Below, in pieces: positions 57,838 through 62,881 of a stretch of DNA of 62,881 bases. The stretch comes from Halorussus marinus (GTDB taxonomy: Archaea; Halobacteriota; Halobacteria; Halobacteriales; Haladaptataceae): assembly GCF_004765795.1 (NCBI RefSeq), contig NZ_SBIV01000005.1, positions 248,001 through 310,881 of the forward strand. Direction: 5' to 3'. The position numbers were made by a program, and so were the translations under genes. How positions within the stretch are numbered: position 1 is the stretch's first letter; each line of letters starts with the position of its first letter. Under the pieces are notes generated by a model. That model worked only from the letters and a program-made list of their open reading frames with translations. It was not told the DNA's origin and made no database searches.

Positions 57838-58902
57838 ATGTTAGGCGTGAAACGCGCACGCCGCCGCGCCGCCCTCGCCACCCTCTGCGTGTTCGCGGTC
57901 GCCCTCGCCGCCTCGCTGTTCCCCGCGGGCGGGTTCGGAAGCCAGCCCGCGGGCGTCGGAGTCGGCGAGAGCCCCGACGCGCCCGCCGGCGGGCCGGCCC
58001 CCGACCCCGCGAGTGATTCGCCGACCGCGAGCGCCCCGGCCGATTCGACGACGACCACCGCCGACTCGGAGCCCGCGACGACGGCCGAACCGACCGCGAC
58101 CGAGACGACGACCGCCGCGGCCGCCACCGACCCCGCGAACGGAGCCAGCGGTCCCGGTGCGGGCGCCCTCTTCGGCGCGGTGTTCGCGCTTTTCGGCGCG
58201 ATCACCGCGGTCGGGCTCTGGACCGGCGCGCTCGCGGTCACCGCGACGACCGCGGGCGCGATCCCGATCACGATCACCGTCGGCGACACTCCGATCGGCT
58301 CGCTGATCGGCGCGATCCCCGCTCGGACGATGGCGCTCGTGGTCGGTTTCTCGGCGTCGGTGCCCCGAATCGTCGACGACGCCGCCGCGCTGAGCCGCGA
58401 GGTCGCCCGCGGCCTCTCGACCGCGACGGGCGCGCTCGCTCGCACGACCGCCGGCGCGCTCCGGGTCGGCGCCGCGGGGCTAGCCGCGATCGCCGTCGCC
58501 GTCCCGCGTGCGCTCGCGGGCCTCGGGGGCGGCGCGAGCCTCCTCTCGCGGATCGGCGGATCGGGGCTGGGGAGCCTCGGTCTCGACCGCCGCGAGCGCG
58601 ACGACACCGCACGGACGGTCGCCAGTTCCGAGGCCGACGGCGGGGACGCCGGCCCGCCGTCGGTAGAGGAGGCGTGGCTCGCCATGGCCGAGCGAGTCCG
58701 ACTTCGGAACCCGGACGCCCGGACGCCCGGCGAGTTCGCCCGCGCCGCGGTCGAGCGGGGCTACCCCGACGACGCGGTCGGGCGACTGACCGACGCCTTC
58801 CGCGAGGTGCGGTACGGCGACCTGGCGCGGACCGACCGCACGTCCATCGCCCGATCGGCGCTCGACCGCATCCGGAGCCACCGGGAGGGCGACGACGAAT
58901 GA
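57838..58902 (+). CDS. DUF4129 domain membrane protein
   Basis: N-terminal TM, Thr/Ala linker, C-terminal VEEAW..TPGEFARAA..LTDAFREVRYG; start 57838 or GTG 57847. Confidence 0.8.
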   Translation: MLGVKRARRRAALATLCVFAVALAASLFPAGGFGSQPAGVGVGESPDAPAGGPAPDPASDSPTASAPADSTTTTADSEPATTAEPTATETTTAAAATDPANGASGPGAGALFGAVFALFGAITAVGLWTGALAVTATTAGAIPITITVGDTPIGSLIGAIPARTMALVVGFSASVPRIVDDAAALSREVARGLSTATGALARTTAGALRVGAAGLAAIAVAVPRALAGLGGGASLLSRIGGSGLGSLGLDRRERDDTARTVASSEADGGDAGPPSVEEAWLAMAERVRLRNPDARTPGEFARAAVERGYPDDAVGRLTDAFREVRYGDLARTDRTSIARSALDRIRSHREGDDE

Positions 58903-59549
58903 TTCCGCGACTGCTCGGGCGCGCGAGCGCTCGTCTCGGCCGACCGCGGACGCTCTCGCTGGTCGGGGGTCTCGCGCTGGCGCTGGCGCTCGGGGTGGTC
59001 TTTCTCCCCGGACTGTTCGTCGCGTCGGTGTTCCGGCCGGTCGCGGACGTCGCGGCCGCCCCGGCGCTCGTCGCCCTGTTCGGCCTCGCCGCCGGAGGGC
59101 TGGGCGCGCTCGCGCTCGGGCGGGAGGCGACCGGCGAGAGCCGCGCCGAGACGTGGGTCCCCGAACGCGTTCCCGAGCGCGCCCACTACGACGACCACCG
59201 GACCACCGGCAGTGCGATCGATTCGGCGCTGGCGGTCGACCCGGAGGCAGACGCCGACGAGCGAGAGCGACTCGCCCACCAGCGGACCGTCGCGCGCGGA
59301 CGCATCCGCGAGCGAGCCATCGAAGCGATCGCGGCCGCCGAGCGGTGTGATCGCGAGCGAGCCGCCGAACGGGTCGACGCCGGGACGTGGACAGACGACC
59401 CGCGAGCCGCGGCGTTCCTCGGGGGGGCGACACACGCCCCGCTCGGGCTCCGAATCCGGGACTGGGCGAGCGGCGAGCGCTTCGAGCGGTGGGCGACCCG
59501 GGCGGTCGCGGAGACCGAGTCGCTGGCCGACGGGGAGGGTCGCCGATGA
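58899..59549 (+). CDS. Membrane protein (DUF7269-like, number recalled)
   Basis: ATGA overlap; 2 TM; GTWTDDPRAAAFL motif. Confidence 0.75.
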   Translation: MIPRLLGRASARLGRPRTLSLVGGLALALALGVVFLPGLFVASVFRPVADVAAAPALVALFGLAAGGLGALALGREATGESRAETWVPERVPERAHYDDHRTTGSAIDSALAVDPEADADERERLAHQRTVARGRIRERAIEAIAAAERCDRERAAERVDAGTWTDDPRAAAFLGGATHAPLGLRIRDWASGERFERWATRAVAETESLADGEGRR

Positions 59550-60955
59550 GCGACCGGATCGTCGACTTCGAGCCGGCGCTGGGCCGGAACCGATCGGCCG
59601 ACGGCCCGGACCGCGAGTCAGATCGCGAGTCGGCTCCCGACGCGGCCGACGCCGACCGCGCCGCGTCCGGCGAGGACGAAAGCGTCGCCGCCGGGTCGCG
59701 GTGGGACCCGGGGGTCACCGTGGCGCTGCTCGCGGGCGCGGTCGGCGTGCTCACCGGAACCACCGCGGCGTTTCTCGCCGGCGCGGTCGGGTTCACCTAC
59801 GCCGCGTACCGGTACGCCTCGCGTGCGCCCGACACCGCGCTGGCCGTCGACCGCGAGATCGACGACCGCTCGCCGCTCCCGAGTCGGACGGCGACCGTGA
59901 CCGTCACGATCCACAACGAGGGCGAGGAGTCGCTGCCCGACCTCCGGATCGTCGACGGCGTCCCCGAGCGCCTCGCGGTCGTGTCGGGGTCGCCGCGCCA
60001 CTGTACGAGCGTCCGACCCGGCGAGACGGTCTCGTTCTCCTACGCCGTCCGCGCCCGGCGCGGAAGCCACGAGTTCGGGCCGACGACGCTCGTCGTCCGG
60101 TCGCTCGCGGGCGCCACAGAGCGTCGCTTCGAGGTCCGCGTCGACGACTCGATCGCGTGCGAGACTCTGACCGAGACGCTCGCGCTCCCGGCCGACACGT
60201 CGTCGTATCCGGGCCACGTCACCACCGACTCGGGCGGCGAGGGCGTGGAGTTCTACGCCACCCGTGAGTTCCACCCCTCGGACCCGCTGAGCCGGATCGA
60301 CTGGAAGCGCTACGCACGTACCCGCGAACTCAGTACCGTGGAGTTCCGCGAGACGCGGGCGGCGACGGTCGTGCTCGTGGTCGATGCCCGGACCGCGGCC
60401 CACGTCGCGCGGCGGGACGGCGAGCCCGACGCGGTGATCCTGAGCGAGTACGCCGCCGAGCGACTCGCCGCCGCGCTGTTGGATCGGAACGACCGGGTCG
60501 GACTCGGGTTCTACGGCCCGTCAGAGCGGTACCTCCGGCCGGCCGGCGGCGACGAGCAGGCCGCCCGAATCCGGGCGGCGCTCGACTCGACCCCCGAGTC
60601 CCGCGAACGCGAGGTCGGCCTGTTCAGCGAACAGCGGCGCGAACGCGCCAACGACGCGCGGTTCGACGCCCTGCGCAGGCGCCTCCCCGACTCGGCACAG
60701 ATCGTCTTCCTCTCGCCGCTGGCCGACGATCGGGCCGCCGACGTCGCGAGGCGGTTCCGGGCGTACGGCCACGCGGTGACCGTCGTCAGCCCCGACGTGA
60801 CGGAGACCGACACCCCCGGCGGCGCGGTCGAGCGCATCGAGCGCGACGACCGCGTCGCAACCGTCCGGGGCGGCGACGTCCGGGTCGTTAGCTGGTCGCC
60901 CGACGAGCCGATCCGGACGGCCGTCTCGACTGCGACCGCGAGGTGGTCACGGTGA
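59546..60955 (+). CDS. DUF58 family protein with N-terminal TM and Ig-like region
   Basis: LPDLRIVDGVP, GGEGVEFYATREFHPSDPLSRIDWKRYAR, LSPLADD. Confidence 0.85.
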   Translation: MSDRIVDFEPALGRNRSADGPDRESDRESAPDAADADRAASGEDESVAAGSRWDPGVTVALLAGAVGVLTGTTAAFLAGAVGFTYAAYRYASRAPDTALAVDREIDDRSPLPSRTATVTVTIHNEGEESLPDLRIVDGVPERLAVVSGSPRHCTSVRPGETVSFSYAVRARRGSHEFGPTTLVVRSLAGATERRFEVRVDDSIACETLTETLALPADTSSYPGHVTTDSGGEGVEFYATREFHPSDPLSRIDWKRYARTRELSTVEFRETRAATVVLVVDARTAAHVARRDGEPDAVILSEYAAERLAAALLDRNDRVGLGFYGPSERYLRPAGGDEQAARIRAALDSTPESREREVGLFSEQRRERANDARFDALRRRLPDSAQIVFLSPLADDRAADVARRFRAYGHAVTVVSPDVTETDTPGGAVERIERDDRVATVRGGDVRVVSWSPDEPIRTAVSTATARWSR

Positions 60956-62418
60956 GCGCTCCGGCGCGGCGCGCGACCGCGTTCAGCGCGACGGTCGCCG
61001 TCCTCGTCGCGGCGCTCGCGGGCCTCGGGGTCGGAGCGGCCGCCGGCGCCCGGTGGGCGACGGTCGCGAGCCTGCTCGGCGCCGGGATCGCCGCGCTCGG
61101 CGTCCGGGCATCTCAGGCCCGATCGAACGACCGGCGGGCGGCCGGGAGCGCGGGCATCGTCGCCGGCGCGCTCGTCGTCGCCGGGGTCGCGGCGGTCGGC
61201 GAGAGCGCGGTCGCGCTCCTCGCGGGCCTCGCCGTCGGAGCGGCCGCGGTCAACGCGACGGTCTCGCTCGACGCCGACGTCGCCCGTCCCATCGGTCGAA
61301 CGGTCGCGCGATCGGCGTCCGTGCTCGTGGCGGGGTCGATGCTCGCGGCCGGCCTCTCGACCGGAGCGTTCGGCGCGTTCGGGCGGATGCTCGCCGGACA
61401 CGTCTGGGCGCTCACCACCGCTCACGACCTCGCGCGTCTGCTCGCCTTCCAGATCGAGTTGCTGGTCGGTCTCGGACTCCTCCACTGGGCGGTGCCGGTG
61501 CTCGACGACTGGCTCCCCGACCGGCGCGAACACCGAGCGGCGACCCTCGGGCGCCTCGAGTACCGGATCGCCGACCTGCCGCGAGGCTACTGGCTGTTTC
61601 TCGGACTCCAGTTCGCGCTCGCGCTCACCGCGTGGGGACCGCGGTGGTTCGACCGCTTTCTCGAATCGCTGTCGACGCTCGGGGCGGGCGTCCGACTGGT
61701 GCTCCGGTCGGGCGTCCTGCACGGGGCGGCCGGCGTGCTGGTGGCGCTCTCGGCCGCGGTGCTGGTCGGGCGGGGGCTCCAGCGGCTGTTCGTCGCGTGG
61801 GCGGGTCGCGATCCGCCCCGGGCGCTCTCGCACGCCGCCGGCGGCGTCGGTGCGCTCGTCGGGGCCGCGATCGTGGGCGCGTCTCCGCTCGCGGACGTCG
61901 TCGCCGCGGCCGCAGGCCCGGCATGGAGCGAGCCAATCGCCGCCGTCGGCGTCACGCCGATTTTGACCGGCGGGGTCGCGGTCACGCTGTTCGCCGTCGC
62001 GGTCGGACAGGCCGTCATCGGCCGACTCGTCCGGCCGTGGATCGAGAGCGACGCGGCCGCCGGGTTTGCGGCCGCCGCGGCCGCGCTCGTCGTCGCCGCG
62101 CTCCTCGCGGCGCACGGCGGTGCGTCCGCGCTCGCAGTGTTCACGGCGGTAGCCGGCGCGCTCGCAGTGCTCGACGTCGGCTCGAACGCGGTCGCGCTCG
62201 GTACCCAGATCGGGCCCGTCGCCGAGACGCGGGCGGGCGAGGCGACCCACGCCGTCGGAAGCCTGCTGGTCGGTGCGGCCGGCGTCGCGGTCGCGACGCT
62301 GACCGGGTTCGTCATGGGATCGGTGTCGATCTCGGTACCGGCGTGGCGGGCACGCCTCGCGGTCGCGCTGTTGCTCGTGAGCGTGCTGTGTTTCGCGATC
62401 CGACTGGGTCGTGAGTGA
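60952..62418 (+). CDS. Large multi-pass membrane protein (C-terminus DUF7519-like, number recalled)
   Basis: GTGA overlap; more than 12 hydrophobic segments; DVGSNAVALGTQIG..ETRAGEATHA. Confidence 0.75.
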   Translation: MSAPARRATAFSATVAVLVAALAGLGVGAAAGARWATVASLLGAGIAALGVRASQARSNDRRAAGSAGIVAGALVVAGVAAVGESAVALLAGLAVGAAAVNATVSLDADVARPIGRTVARSASVLVAGSMLAAGLSTGAFGAFGRMLAGHVWALTTAHDLARLLAFQIELLVGLGLLHWAVPVLDDWLPDRREHRAATLGRLEYRIADLPRGYWLFLGLQFALALTAWGPRWFDRFLESLSTLGAGVRLVLRSGVLHGAAGVLVALSAAVLVGRGLQRLFVAWAGRDPPRALSHAAGGVGALVGAAIVGASPLADVVAAAAGPAWSEPIAAVGVTPILTGGVAVTLFAVAVGQAVIGRLVRPWIESDAAAGFAAAAAALVVAALLAAHGGASALAVFTAVAGALAVLDVGSNAVALGTQIGPVAETRAGEATHAVGSLLVGAAGVAVATLTGFVMGSVSISVPAWRARLAVALLLVSVLCFAIRLGRE

Positions 62419-62495
62419 TTCCCGGCCGGAAATTCGCGATTGAAACGTCGTACGATCTGCTTGTGTGACGGCTGCTGTGGCTCGCGATCGATATG

Positions 62496-62532
62496 AAAAA
62501 AGCCCGCACGGACACCGTGTCCGTGCGGGCTT
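62496..62532 (-). terminator. Hairpin plus oligo-T terminator after 5S rRNA
   Basis: Perfect 16-bp inverted repeat AAGCCCGCACGGACAC-C-GTGTCCGTGCGGGCTT running into a T6 tract on the minus strand. Confidence 0.75.
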
Positions 62533-62546
62533 AACACCTATGAATG

Positions 62547-62668
62547 GCAGGCGGCGAATCGAATTTCCCAGAGGGTCGCCCACTCCAGTACTCCTCGATA
62601 CGCAGGCGGGCTTAACTTCCGTGTTCGGGATGGGTACGGGTGTCGCCCCGCCGCTCTGGCCGCCTTAA
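62547..62668 (-). rRNA. rrf: 5S ribosomal RNA
   Basis: Minus strand TTAAGGCGGCCAGAGCGG...CCCATCCCGAACACGGAAGTTAAGCC...GTACTGGAGTGGGCGACCCTCTGGGAAA...CGCCGCCT, about 122 nt. Confidence 0.97.
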
Positions 62669-62712
62669 CGCCGACTCGCGGAATCGAACCGCGACCAACT
62701 GACCACAGTCGG
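62669..62712 (-). ncRNA. tRNA-like (acceptor stem + T-arm) processing element immediately 5' of 5S rRNA
   Basis: CCGACT/AGTCGG stem plus CGCGG-TTCGATT-CCGCG T-arm; no anticodon arm. Confidence 0.7.
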
Positions 62713-62798
62713 TGATTCGACGATTCCTAACAACCGTATGGTACGTGCAATCCAGTTTACGCCTGGATCCGAGTAATCCGGATCCCAGTGCGAGTCAA

Positions 62799-62881
62799 AT
62801 GAGTGTGTGGCTTCGACCTGTTAGTGCTCGCGGACTCAACGCCTCGTTGCCTCGGCGCGTACATCCCGAGTCTATCGAACT
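62799..62881 (-). rRNA. rrl: 23S ribosomal RNA, 3' end (continues beyond the window)
   Basis: Minus strand GTTCGATAGACTCGGGATGTACGCGCCGAGGCAACGAGGCGTTGAGTCCGCGAGCACTAACAGGTCGAAGCCACACACTCAT. Confidence 0.92.

Noticed and set aside
62669..62712. A tRNA gene in the 23S-5S spacer
   Set aside because: Only about 44 nt, with no D-arm/anticodon arm; interpreted as a processing mimic.
1..62881. CRISPR array, IS element, integrase, provirus or defence island
   Set aside because: No spaced direct repeats, transposase/recombinase motifs, terminal inverted repeats or extended low-GC segment were seen by eye. Very degenerate elements could have been missed.

Overview
High-GC haloarchaeal (class Halobacteria) chromosomal window. 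The evidence is acidic proteins, Tat/lipoprotein signals, leaderless TATA promoters and haloarchaeal-type 5S/23S rRNA. It holds about 50 CDS and ends in the 3' end of an rRNA operon on the minus strand. Main blocks: (i) a six-gene, translationally coupled BatA/vWA - vWA - coiled-coil - membrane - MoxR - DUF58 operon (701-8119); (ii) amino-acid/nitrogen catabolism genes (M20 amidohydrolase divergent from an atypical arginine-deiminase-fold enzyme, tryptophanase, two threonine-synthase-family enzymes); (iii) a lactate-utilisation cluster (Dld-II-like oxidoreductase, lactate permease, LutC, LutB fused to CCG domains); (iv) a copper module (winged-HTH plus small membrane protein divergent from a two-domain multicopper oxidase with type-1 Cu motifs in both domains and a halocyanin, with tandem palindromes between them); (v) a second DUF4129/DUF58 membrane operon with no MoxR. 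Reading outside the ORF track showed three genes with sharp internal deletions (a 7TM histidine kinase lacking its N-box, a family-B DNA polymerase relic, and a 39-aa USP relic), an unlisted 51-aa membrane protein, a DtxR-type operator, and a tRNA-like element upstream of 5S rRNA. No CRISPR array, transposase, integrase or prophage was seen. All family names come from motif recognition and memory, not database searches. DUF numbers in particular need checking.
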